Translations under genes and position numbers: made by a program
Shown here: positions 31,022-39,650 of the stretch, piece by piece
Numbering within the stretch: position 1 is the first letter of the stretch
Layout of the letters: each line of letters begins with the position of its first letter
The notes under the pieces: generated by a model
Database searches by the model: none
The model's input: the letters and a program-made list of their open reading frames with translations, nothing else
What the model was told of the DNA's origin: nothing
Assembly: GCA_947466585.1 (NCBI GenBank)
Contig: CANIEU010000009.1
Location: 14,923 to 78,922 of the forward strand
Direction of reading: 5' to 3'
DNA: 64,000 bases
From: Fibrobacterota bacterium
Lineage (GTDB): Bacteria; Fibrobacterota; Fibrobacteria; UBA11236

Positions 31022-31174
31022 CGCTTTTTTAGTTAATTAGTCGATTTTAGCTAGAAGTGCCGAGATCTAGTCCCAATCTCCTGAGCAAGGTAAAATCGAT
31101 TATTTGATTCGTTAAATCGGTAAATAAGCTTTAAAAAAGCCATATCCCCATAATATTTCGATACTATAGGGATA
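31022..31174 (+). promoter_or_regulatory. AT-rich regulatory region upstream of the carH-like gene; candidate operator
   Basis: Strongly AT-rich in a GC-rich genome. Contains direct repeats aaatcgattat.../aaatcggtaaat and an inverted repeat ctaga-N11-tctag. Confidence 0.45.
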
Positions 31175-32236
31175 ATGATTGAAACCGAAACGGACTTCCT
31201 TACCACCTCGCAGGCCGCTCTTTTACTCCAAGTTCACGAATCCTCTGTGAAGCGGTGGAGCAACTCGGGCGAACTGAAACTCGAAAAAACCTCCGGCGGT
31301 CACCGCCGTATTCGTTTCGAGGCGCTTCTCGATTTCGCCCGGGCCAAGGATCCGGGAGGAGATCTCTTGTTCTTCGCCCCGCACGAAGAGGAAGTCGCAC
31401 GCGCGGCGCTCGATGCCCGCGACCGCAATCAGTTCGACGGGGTGGGCGAACTGATCCTGCGCTTTTGCGACACGGAACCTCCGCGTTGGCTCGCTCATCT
31501 GATCCGCTACCTGGAGGGACCGTGCGGCATTCCCCTCACGCGCATCTTCGACGCCGGCATCGGCGGGGCGCTGGCCGATGTCGGCACCCAATGGCAAAAC
31601 GGGTCGCGCACGATCGCGCTCGAACACCGCTTCACTCAAAAGATCCTCGACGCCCTGCATGCCATTCTCACCCATCTCGAAGATGTGGACGACGCCGAAG
31701 AATCGGCGGAGCAAGCCTTGCGTGCGGTGCATGCCCTGGATCCCAAAAACGCAGTAGCATCGGATCGAGGAACCGTGGAAGGGCGCAAGCGCCCCCATGC
31801 GGTGGTGGGTTGCTCCGAGGGCTGCCACCATGAGATCGGCGCCTTGATGGCGCGCATCCTGTTGCAACGCGCCGGCTGGAGCGTAACCTATCTCGGTGCC
31901 AACGTGCCGTTCGAAGAGATGGCCGGTATTCAGGAGCTGGAACGCGCGCAAGTGATGTGCGTTTCTTTCGTGTCGCCGCTGGGTGCTGGGGATGTGCGCC
32001 GCTGCCTCAAAGTGCTGAACGCCTTGCAACAGCCCAATGCGCCCTATCGGCTCGTCACCGGAGGCCTGTCGTACCTTGCGGGCACCGAAGACCAGTATGA
32101 AACGCGCATCCCCATCAAGTTCGTGGAATCCATGGAAGGCTTTGAGCGGTGGTTCCGCACACAATTTGCCAAGGAGTTGGCGCGAGCCGCCAATTTCCGC
32201 AATGCAGTGGCCGGGGTCGCTGGGGTACCCCGATGA
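31175..32236 (+). CDS. CarH/LitR-like light-responsive regulator (MerR HTH + B12-binding domain)
   Basis: N-terminal MerR HTH (LTTSQAALLLQVHESSVKRWSNSGELK). C-terminal cobalamin-binding Rossmann with HAVVGCSEGCHHEIGALMARILLQRAGWSVTYLG, a H-x-x-G motif resembling the CarH E-x-H-x-x-G. Confidence 0.75.
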   Translation: MIETETDFLTTSQAALLLQVHESSVKRWSNSGELKLEKTSGGHRRIRFEALLDFARAKDPGGDLLFFAPHEEEVARAALDARDRNQFDGVGELILRFCDTEPPRWLAHLIRYLEGPCGIPLTRIFDAGIGGALADVGTQWQNGSRTIALEHRFTQKILDALHAILTHLEDVDDAEESAEQALRAVHALDPKNAVASDRGTVEGRKRPHAVVGCSEGCHHEIGALMARILLQRAGWSVTYLGANVPFEEMAGIQELERAQVMCVSFVSPLGAGDVRRCLKVLNALQQPNAPYRLVTGGLSYLAGTEDQYETRIPIKFVESMEGFERWFRTQFAKELARAANFRNAVAGVAGVPR

Positions 32237-34026
32237 AGGCCGCGATGAATGATGAGATGAATCGTAACAGGAAATGTGACATGCCTTCCAAGATGTCCAT
32301 TGAGGACAATCAATCGAGCCTGCCCGCATGGTTGCGCGCGCAATCCGATACCTTGTCCACCGAAACCTCGATGGAATATCTAGCGCGGCACAGTCACTCC
32401 TTCCGCTATGCCGCGCGCTTTTTACCCCCGCCGTTCGACACGCATGTCGCCGATGTGTACGCCTTTTGCCGATTCACCGACGATCTGGTCGACGGGTCCA
32501 CGCTGCCTGTTCCCGAGTTGCGCGCGCGCCTCTCCGACTGGCGGCGCTTGGCGCAACAAGCGCATAGAGGAGTGCCCACGGGCTTCGCTCTGCTCGACCG
32601 CCCCCTGATCGACATGGGGCGGCGCGGCATCCCCTTTGATTACGCCAGCGAGTTGATCGCTGGTGTGGCCATGGATTTGGAGCCGCGCCGCTACGCCACA
32701 CTCGCAGAACTCGATCTTTACAGTTACCGCGTGGCCTCAGTGGTAGGCCTGTGGCTCACCCGGCTCGTCGGAGTGAACGATCCGCAGGTACTGAAGCGTG
32801 CCGCCGATCTGGGTCACGCCATGCAGGTGACCAATATCCTCCGGGATGTGGGGGAGGACTGGGCCGTGGGTCGTTTGTATCTGCCGCTCGATGTGCTGGC
32901 CCGTCATGGAGTTCGCGAGGAAGACTTGGCAGAGTCCATGGCTTCCGCATCCGTCGATTCCCTTCCTCTGGGCTGGCAGGGTGCGATGGAAGAACTGATG
33001 TCCCTCGCCGATGCCCGCTACTGGAGTGCCTTCGGTGCGATTCCCGCCTTGCCCCGGTTTTTCCGCGTTCCCGTCGCGGTGTCGGGTCTTGTGTATCGCG
33101 ACATCCACACCGCCATCCGCCGCAACCGGTATGACAACCTGCGCTGCCGGGCACACACCTCGCGCACTCGTAAACTGTGGCTGGGCCTGAAGGCCCGCAT
33201 GCAAGTGGGCCTTTCAGGTATCGGCATCGGAGTCGAACGAGAGCAGGTGACTTCGCATTCCCTCAAGGACGCGCCGGAAAGTGCGGCAGCGCGGGGGTTC
33301 AGCCTGCGGAAGGCCGGCCTGCGCATCGTGCTACCGCTGTTCCTGTTGTTGTTGCTGTTTCTCGCGGGTGCCGCCGCAGGTTCGGCGCAGCCTCAAACTC
33401 CGCCCGCGCTCGAGTCGAGCGCAGAAGCGCGGGCGCGCCGGGAGTTGACTCGCATCGAGACCGAAATGCGGGGGCAACCGGAGAACCTCGATCTGCAGCT
33501 GCAACGCCTGCGTATTTTGCATCCCCTCAGCGTTCAGGATGCGGCGCTGCTGCCCGTGTCGCGGTCGGCGCGCGATCAGGCCGAACGCACGGTACGTGAA
33601 AATCCGGGAACGGCGCTGCAATCCAAGCAGCGTGGGGCAGAGCCGCTCAACCTGCTGCTGGCCTACGCAGGCGCGCTCGACGTGGTGGAAGCGCGCCATG
33701 CCTTTTGGCCGCGGGCCCGCCTCGAACCCTTGGAGCGCGGATTGCCGCGACTCGATTCGGCGGTGCAGCGCGATCCCGACAACGCCGAGATCCGTTATTT
33801 AAGACTCACCAGCAGCTATTACCTGCCGTTTTTTCTGGGGCGCAAATGGAGCGTGCGCGAAGATTTTAAGGCGTTGGCGGAATTGTTGCCGCGCGCGCGC
33901 GACGCCTACCCGGCGGAGTGGTATGCCGCCATCACCGATTTCGTACTGGAGAAGGGCGATCTCGGCGAGCGCGAGAGAAGCCGGTTGCAACGCGCGCGGC
34001 GCGAAGCGTTCGCGCGGAACCCGTGA
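32233..34026 (+). CDS. crtB: Phytoene synthase fused to ~250-aa C-terminal TM-anchored domain of unknown function
   Basis: N-terminal ~330 aa carry squalene/phytoene synthase motifs (YAFCRFTDDLVD, MQVTNILRDVGED). A hydrophobic helix IVLPLFLLLLLFLAGAAAG and a charged alpha-helical domain follow in the same frame. ATGA overlap with the regulator. Confidence 0.8.
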   Translation: MKAAMNDEMNRNRKCDMPSKMSIEDNQSSLPAWLRAQSDTLSTETSMEYLARHSHSFRYAARFLPPPFDTHVADVYAFCRFTDDLVDGSTLPVPELRARLSDWRRLAQQAHRGVPTGFALLDRPLIDMGRRGIPFDYASELIAGVAMDLEPRRYATLAELDLYSYRVASVVGLWLTRLVGVNDPQVLKRAADLGHAMQVTNILRDVGEDWAVGRLYLPLDVLARHGVREEDLAESMASASVDSLPLGWQGAMEELMSLADARYWSAFGAIPALPRFFRVPVAVSGLVYRDIHTAIRRNRYDNLRCRAHTSRTRKLWLGLKARMQVGLSGIGIGVEREQVTSHSLKDAPESAAARGFSLRKAGLRIVLPLFLLLLLFLAGAAAGSAQPQTPPALESSAEARARRELTRIETEMRGQPENLDLQLQRLRILHPLSVQDAALLPVSRSARDQAERTVRENPGTALQSKQRGAEPLNLLLAYAGALDVVEARHAFWPRARLEPLERGLPRLDSAVQRDPDNAEIRYLRLTSSYYLPFFLGRKWSVREDFKALAELLPRARDAYPAEWYAAITDFVLEKGDLGERERSRLQRARREAFARNP

Positions 34027-34814
34027 TGCGTATCGATATGTCTCAATCCCTCCCTGTTTTTTCGAACCTGCTTGCGCGCGGCTTCGAAATCGTATTTGAC
34101 CTTGTGAAGAGTGTCGGCCTCGCCGGGGTGCATTGGAGCATCCCCGCTGGCCTGGCGCAGCGCCTGCCGGCCGATCGACCCGTGGTGCTGTTCGGAAACC
34201 ACTCCAGCAATTGGGATGGTTTTCTGTACCGTGACCTGCAAAAGAAACTGCGCCCCGGCATGCCGATCTACAGCCTGATGCTCGAGCGTGAATTGCGGCG
34301 TCTGCCGCTCTTTCGTGCCCTGGGCGGCATCGGTATTGATTCGACCTCTCCCGGCTCCGTGGCTCGTGCCTTGCGGTCTGCAAGAGCGCTGCGAGGGCCC
34401 TCTTTTACTTCCGCCGGCTTTTTCTTCAGCGTGTTTCCGCAAGGCTCCACCTATCCCGCCGGCAAACGCCCGCTGGGATTTCAGGAAGGCCTCCGGCACT
34501 TTGCAAAAGCGCTGGGCCCGGTGACCTTGTTGCCGGTGGCGTTGCAATTCGAACTGCTGGGCAGCGTGCGTCCGCATGCCTTTGTTTCCGTAGGCGAGCC
34601 GATCGCGGTTCCAGAATCCGCGGGGAAGGTCATTGACCTCGGCTCCATTCCCTCGCTCGATGTGCTCGAAGCACAGGTGACGGCTCTGTTGGATGGGCTG
34701 AACGCCGATCTCTCGGCACGCGGCGAAGCCGCGGTTTCAATACCTGGCGAAGCCACGGTTTCAATGCCGGGCGAAGCGGCGGTATCCAACGTAGTAGGGG
34801 AGAGTCCCGTATGA
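34026..34814 (+). CDS. Lysophospholipid/1-acyl-sn-glycerol-3-phosphate acyltransferase-family protein (likely carotenoid glycoside acyltransferase, CruD-like)
   Basis: H-x4-D acyltransferase motif (NHSSNWDGF) and FPQGST. The C-terminal 27-bp x3 tandem repeat encodes GEAAVSIPGEATVSMPGEAAVS. ATG overlaps the crtB stop. Confidence 0.65.
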   Translation: MRIDMSQSLPVFSNLLARGFEIVFDLVKSVGLAGVHWSIPAGLAQRLPADRPVVLFGNHSSNWDGFLYRDLQKKLRPGMPIYSLMLERELRRLPLFRALGGIGIDSTSPGSVARALRSARALRGPSFTSAGFFFSVFPQGSTYPAGKRPLGFQEGLRHFAKALGPVTLLPVALQFELLGSVRPHAFVSVGEPIAVPESAGKVIDLGSIPSLDVLEAQVTALLDGLNADLSARGEAAVSIPGEATVSMPGEAAVSNVVGESPV

Positions 34815-36022
34815 TCGCTGCCCTGTTGCATGCCGGCTTCTTCGCCGCAAACCTCGAGTCGGTAGCGGCCACCGCTTCGTTGTGCATCCTTGCGGGCATG
34901 GTTTGCATGGTCGTATTCAACACCCTGACTGCGCCACGCGCAGGGGGCCAAAAGTCGCCAACGGTGTTCCCGAAGGTGAGTTTGCTGGTGCCCGCGCGCA
35001 ACGAGGCGCACAACGTGCCCATTCTCGCCGCGCATTTCGAAAAGCTGGAGTATCCGAATTTGGAGATCATTCTCCTCGACGATGCTTCCGACGATGGCAC
35101 GGGGGCGGCGCTCGGAGATCTGGTAAACCTCCCGGCATTGCGCGGGCGCGCCCGCTCGTTGCGGGGCGCAGAATTGCCCACCGGTTGGCTCGGGAAAAAC
35201 TGGGCCTGTCATCAACTCGCTCAAACTTCCTCGGGAGATGTGCTGATCTTTTGCGATGCCGATGCGCGCCCCGGGCCGCAAGCGGTGACCCGCACCGTGG
35301 CGTTGTTGGAACACTATGGCGTCGGCTGCGCCACCTTGATGCCGCGCCAGGTGCTCGGGTCGTGGGCCGAGCGCGCGGTGATTCCGGTACTGCTGCACAT
35401 CTCGCTGTTCTGCTTCCTTCCCATCGCCCTCGTGCCGCGCCTGCGCTGGAAGCGCCTCGGGGTGGGGAACGGGCAATGGCTTTCGTTCCGTCGCTCCGCA
35501 TACGCCGCGGTGGGCGGCCATGCGGGCGTGCGCGACAAGGTGGTGGAAGATATCGCCCTTGCGCAGCGTGCCCAGACCCATGGAAACGGTCTGGTCGTGG
35601 GGTTGGCGACCGATACGCTTGCCGTGCGCATGTACCGAAACTTCCGCGAAGTGTGGGATGGTTTCGGCAAAAACGTGTTCGTGCTCACAGGCGGTACGCT
35701 GTGGCAGACGCCGTTCTTCGGCTTGTTTTTTGCGCTGATCCACATTCTTCCCTGGCTGCTCTTCCTCCTGCATCCGCAGTTGTGGGGGCTGCCGCTCGCT
35801 TTGCTTTTGGTTTGTCGCGTGCTCACCGCCCGTGCCTTGGGCGAACCGCTGGGGGCCATTGCCGGACAAGTCGCCGGGTCCATCCTGGTTCCCCTCATCG
35901 TCGCGCGCTCGCTGTTCGATTTCCGTTTTCATCGCCTGCAGTGGAAGGGCCGCATTCTGAATGCCGGTCCGCCTCCGGTGCAAAGTTTGGCCCAGAATCG
36001 GGCCTCCAAGGAGTCTTTGTGA
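34811..36022 (+). CDS. Family-2 glycosyltransferase (likely carotenoid glycosyltransferase, CruC/CrtX-like role)
   Basis: GT2 motifs (SLLVPARNEAHNV, ILLDDASDDGT, FCDADAR) and C-terminal TM helices. It sits inside the carotenoid operon. Confidence 0.7.
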   Translation: MIAALLHAGFFAANLESVAATASLCILAGMVCMVVFNTLTAPRAGGQKSPTVFPKVSLLVPARNEAHNVPILAAHFEKLEYPNLEIILLDDASDDGTGAALGDLVNLPALRGRARSLRGAELPTGWLGKNWACHQLAQTSSGDVLIFCDADARPGPQAVTRTVALLEHYGVGCATLMPRQVLGSWAERAVIPVLLHISLFCFLPIALVPRLRWKRLGVGNGQWLSFRRSAYAAVGGHAGVRDKVVEDIALAQRAQTHGNGLVVGLATDTLAVRMYRNFREVWDGFGKNVFVLTGGTLWQTPFFGLFFALIHILPWLLFLLHPQLWGLPLALLLVCRVLTARALGEPLGAIAGQVAGSILVPLIVARSLFDFRFHRLQWKGRILNAGPPPVQSLAQNRASKESL

Positions 36023-37551
36023 ATTCCGTGACCGAACAAAAAAAAGGGGCAGTGCCCCGAACCGCCATCGTGATCGGCTCCGGCTTCGGCGGGCTGTCCG
36101 CCGCTATTCGCCTGCAAAGCCGGGGTATTCAGGTCACACTGGTGGAGCAACGGGAAAAGGTCGGCGGCCGCGCCTACCAAATGAAAGAAGGCGGGTACAC
36201 CTTCGACATGGGCCCGTCCCTCATCACCGCGCCGCAGATCCTCGACAAGGTGTTTGCCTGTGCGGGCACATCGTTGTCGGCAGCCTTGCCGCTGTTGCCG
36301 CTCGATCCGTTTTACCGCGTGTTCTTTCACGATCACAGCCGCTTCGAGTACAACGGATCCCCGGAAGGCATGAAGGCGCAGATGCGCCAGTACAATGCCG
36401 CCGATGCGGACCGCTACGACGATTTCATGAAGGCCGTGGCGCCCATTTATGCGGAAGTGATCGAGAAGGGATTGGGCAGTCGTTCCTTCGGGAATCCCTG
36501 GACGATGATTCGTTTTATCCCCACGGTGATTCGCCTCGGGGCGTGGCGTACTGCGACGCAATTCGCCAACAAGTACTTCAAGGACTGGCGTCACCGCTTC
36601 GTGTTCAGCTTCCATTCGCTGTACATCGGCGGCAACCCGTTTCACTGCCCGGCGATTTACCAGATGATTCCGTTTTTGGAGCGGGCACAGGGTGTCTGGT
36701 ACACGCCGGGCGGCATGTATTCGTTGACGCGGGCACTGGAAAAGGCCTTTATCGGACTCGGTGGTGTGGTGCGCACGTCCACCCCGGTAACGCGCATCCG
36801 GGTTGAAGGAGGCAGAGCGACCGGTGTAGAAATTCCGGAGGGATTCCTTCCCGCCGATCTGGTGGTGAGCAACGCCGACGTGGGATTCACCTACGCGAAA
36901 CTGATCGCACCGGAGCATCGCCGCAAGTGGACTGACGCGAAGGTGAACCGTCAGGAATTCACGATGAGTTGCTTCCTGATCTTCTTGGGCGTGAAGAAGC
37001 GCTATCCGGAATTGGCCCATCATACCCTGATTCTGGCGGAGCGCTATAAGGATCTGTTGAAAGACATTTTCAAGAACAAGATTCTGCCTGGTGATTTCAG
37101 CATGTACGTGCACGCGCCCACGCGCACCGACGACACCATGGCGCCGCCAGGGTGCGAGAGTCTGATGGTGCTGGTTCCGGTGGCGAATCAGGCGTCGGGT
37201 ATCGACTGGAAGACTCAGGCGCAGCCCTATGCGGACAAGATCCTGGACTTTTTGGAACAGTGGGGTTTGACTGATTTACGGGAGAACCTGGAAGTCTTTA
37301 AGCTGTTCACGCCCGATGATTTCGAATCGGAGCTTTCGGCGTGGCGGGGCAATGCCTTCGGCATCGAGCCGCGTTTGTCGCAGACGGGTTACTTCCGCCC
37401 GCACAACCGGAGCGAGGATCTGGCGGGGTTGTACTTTACCGGGGCGGGCACGCATCCCGGCGCGGGTGTTCCCGGCGTGATGCTTTCTGCCGAGGCCGCA
37501 GAGCGGTGTATCGTCGAGGATTGGCCCGCGTTAACGAAGAAAGGTTTATGA
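36019..37551 (+). CDS. crtI: Phytoene desaturase
   Basis: FAD-binding IVIGSGFGGLSAAIRL and a CrtI-family C-terminus (GLYFTGAGTHPGAGVPGV). GTG start overlaps the upstream stop. Confidence 0.9.
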   Translation: MNSVTEQKKGAVPRTAIVIGSGFGGLSAAIRLQSRGIQVTLVEQREKVGGRAYQMKEGGYTFDMGPSLITAPQILDKVFACAGTSLSAALPLLPLDPFYRVFFHDHSRFEYNGSPEGMKAQMRQYNAADADRYDDFMKAVAPIYAEVIEKGLGSRSFGNPWTMIRFIPTVIRLGAWRTATQFANKYFKDWRHRFVFSFHSLYIGGNPFHCPAIYQMIPFLERAQGVWYTPGGMYSLTRALEKAFIGLGGVVRTSTPVTRIRVEGGRATGVEIPEGFLPADLVVSNADVGFTYAKLIAPEHRRKWTDAKVNRQEFTMSCFLIFLGVKKRYPELAHHTLILAERYKDLLKDIFKNKILPGDFSMYVHAPTRTDDTMAPPGCESLMVLVPVANQASGIDWKTQAQPYADKILDFLEQWGLTDLRENLEVFKLFTPDDFESELSAWRGNAFGIEPRLSQTGYFRPHNRSEDLAGLYFTGAGTHPGAGVPGVMLSAEAAERCIVEDWPALTKKGL

Positions 37552-37883
37552 GGGTTGTCGTGGAAGGAGATCGGACAACCAGTTCGTGCTCGGAGCGGCT
37601 CCGCTCCGGACGCTATAAACAGGCCCTGCGGGCCAGTTTGTCGCTAGGCTATCCGGTGCTCGCCGCTCTTCCGCGCGAACCGGTGCGCCCGCTCTCCACG
37701 ATGACAGTTTGCAAGCTTTCCCAGATCAAAACACCTTGGCACGACCGCCGGGCGGAGGCGGAAAAACTTCTCGAAGCGGAGCGAGACGCGGGGTCCCCTC
37801 TGGGGACGTCGAGCGAGCATCGAAAGTTTTTCCGTCGACCATCCCGGCGCATGCACGAGCCCTCGTTTGGAAATGGTCGATGA
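37548..37883 (+). CDS. Possible small hypothetical protein between crtI and the cyclase (uncertain)
   Basis: 111-codon ORF whose ATG overlaps the crtI TGA (tATGAg) and whose TGA overlaps the cyclase ATG (cgATGa). GC3 (~65%) is lower than in neighbours, so it may be a non-coding spacer. Confidence 0.3.
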   Translation: MRVVVEGDRTTSSCSERLRSGRYKQALRASLSLGYPVLAALPREPVRPLSTMTVCKLSQIKTPWHDRRAEAEKLLEAERDAGSPLGTSSEHRKFFRRPSRRMHEPSFGNGR

Positions 37884-38602
37884 GTTTCTGGAATTCTCAC
37901 CTCACATACCTCACGATCGACCTGCTCACGATCGCGTTTCCGCTCGCGTACAGCTTTACCGCACGGTCGGGCTTCAGCAAGCACCTGGGTCGCGTATGCG
38001 CGGCCATCGCATTGGTCGCCGTCCCCATGCTCGTCTGGGACGCCGTGTTTACGGCCCACGGAGTCTGGGGATTCAATCGAGATTACATCCTCGGCTTCTC
38101 TCCATTCGGGTTACCGGTGGAGGAAATCCTCTTCTTCCTCTGCATTCCCTTCGCCTGCCTGTTCATCTACGACACCGTTAAAAATTTCCCCCGCCTCGCA
38201 CTGCCCGAACGCCCCGTCCGCATTCTTGCCGGCCTGCTCGCCGTCGTGTTGATCGCGTTCGCTACGGCGAACACACACCGCGCCTACACGCTGCTCGCCT
38301 GCCTCGGCGCCGCGCCTTTCCTGGTCGCCCTCGCCGCTGGTCACCTCCGCTTTCGCCTCGGCCACATCGCCAGTGCCTACATGTTCCACCTGATTCCGTT
38401 CTTCCTCGTCAACGGAATCTTGACCGGCATGTTTACCGCGCAACCCGTGGTGTGGTACAACAACGCCGAAAACCTCGGCATCCGTTTGGGCAGCATTCCC
38501 ATTGAAGATGCCGCATACTCCATGATCCTACTGTTCGGTGCGATCTTTCTACTGGAACGACCGACCTCGCAGAAAACCGAAAAACCCGGAAGCCCACTGT
38601 GA
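37880..38602 (+). CDS. Lycopene cyclase domain protein (CrtYcd-type, fused heterodimeric cyclase)
   Basis: ~240-aa polytopic membrane protein with the duplicated cyclase-domain pattern (W..HL.YL..DL...FP and a second half with PVEE.LFF). Position between crtI and crtZ supports the call. Confidence 0.6.
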   Translation: MSFWNSHLTYLTIDLLTIAFPLAYSFTARSGFSKHLGRVCAAIALVAVPMLVWDAVFTAHGVWGFNRDYILGFSPFGLPVEEILFFLCIPFACLFIYDTVKNFPRLALPERPVRILAGLLAVVLIAFATANTHRAYTLLACLGAAPFLVALAAGHLRFRLGHIASAYMFHLIPFFLVNGILTGMFTAQPVVWYNNAENLGIRLGSIPIEDAAYSMILLFGAIFLLERPTSQKTEKPGSPL

Positions 38603-39039
38603 TTCTCGACCTGCTGATTTTCTTCTCCGTCTTTTTTCTGATGGAAGCTGTCGCCTGGGCCGCGCACAAATACGTGATGCACGGGTTTTTGTGGTCGCTG
38701 CATGAATCGCACCATCTGCCGCGCACGGGGGCGTTCGAGAAGAACGACTGGTTCGGCGCGTTCTTCAGCTTGGTGGCCATGGCGCTGTTCGCGGCGGGGT
38801 ATTTCATCGACGTCCGCTTTACCGCGGCGGGGTTGGGCATGACGGCGTACGGCTTCGCCTACCTGTTTCTGCACGACATTCTCAATCACAAACGTTTCGG
38901 AATTCACATCAAGCCGAACAATCGTTATCTGCGGTCCGTGCTGCAGTCCCATCGCATCCACCATGCGACCCAGGGCAAGGACGGCTGCGTGTCGTTCGGG
39001 TTTCTGGTACCGATGCGAGCCAAAAGGCGCATTTTTTAA
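38599..39039 (+). CDS. crtZ: Beta-carotene 3-hydroxylase
   Basis: His boxes AAHKYVMHG, HESHH, HDILNHKRF and HRIHHAT..GKDGCVSFGF are collinear with Pantoea CrtZ. GTG start overlaps the upstream stop. Confidence 0.85.
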   Translation: MILDLLIFFSVFFLMEAVAWAAHKYVMHGFLWSLHESHHLPRTGAFEKNDWFGAFFSLVAMALFAAGYFIDVRFTAAGLGMTAYGFAYLFLHDILNHKRFGIHIKPNNRYLRSVLQSHRIHHATQGKDGCVSFGFLVPMRAKRRIF

Positions 39040-39213
39040 AAAAACCGCTCCGGATTCGTCGGAACAGGCGCTTTTTTGCCGGCCCGAATTGGCAATTTCG
39101 GCCACAATTCCTATCATTTCGCCCCAATCTTACCGGATGCGCGTGTTACGGGTTCCAAGGAACCGACCGCTGTCCAGACGGCTTTTGAGAAATTTTCGAG
39201 AAGGAAACGTGCC

Positions 39214-39582
39214 ATGCATCCCAAAATCGCCCTCGTCCACGCCAGCGTTCACCGCACCGATCTGCCGGAATTCCGTTCCGGCGACACCGTCAGCGTCGAC
39301 TTCAAGGTTATCGAAGGCAACAAGGAGCGCGTCCAGACCTTCACGGGCGTTGTGATCCAACGCCGCGGTTCCGGCGTGTCGGCCACCTTCACGGTGCGCA
39401 AGATCTCGAACGGCATCTCGGTGGAGCGTATTTTCCCGCTCGAGTCGCCCCGCCTCACCGGCATCAAGGTCAGCCGCCTCGGCAAGGTCCGTCGCGCCCG
39501 TATCTTCTACATGCGCGGACTGTCTGGCAAGAGTGCCCGCATCAAGGAGCGCAAGGTTCCTTACGCTGGCAAGAAGGCGTAA
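39214..39582 (+). CDS. rplS: 50S ribosomal protein L19
   Basis: [29 protein letters not shown] is present, with RBS aaggaaa 8 nt upstream of the ATG. Confidence 0.9.
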   Translation: MHPKIALVHASVHRTDLPEFRSGDTVSVDFKVIEGNKERVQTFTGVVIQRRGSGVSATFTVRKISNGISVERIFPLESPRLTGIKVSRLGKVRRARIFYMRGLSGKSARIKERKVPYAGKKA

Positions 39583-39607
39583 GAAGCTCTTTCCGAGCAA
39601 ACACAAT

Positions 39608-39645
39608 GACCCGCTTTCGGCTCGCGCCGGAGCGGGTTTTTTGTT
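39608..39645 (+). terminator. Rho-independent terminator after rplS
   Basis: acccgctttcgg-ctcgcg-ccggagcgggt followed by T6. Confidence 0.7.
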
Positions 39646-39650
39646 GCCTA

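Noticed and set aside
34882-37551. 889-aa ORF spanning the GT2 gene and crtI
   Set aside because: This is a read-through frame. The upstream part is out of frame with the GT2 protein. The real crtI begins at the GTG at 36019, where the FAD-binding motif starts.
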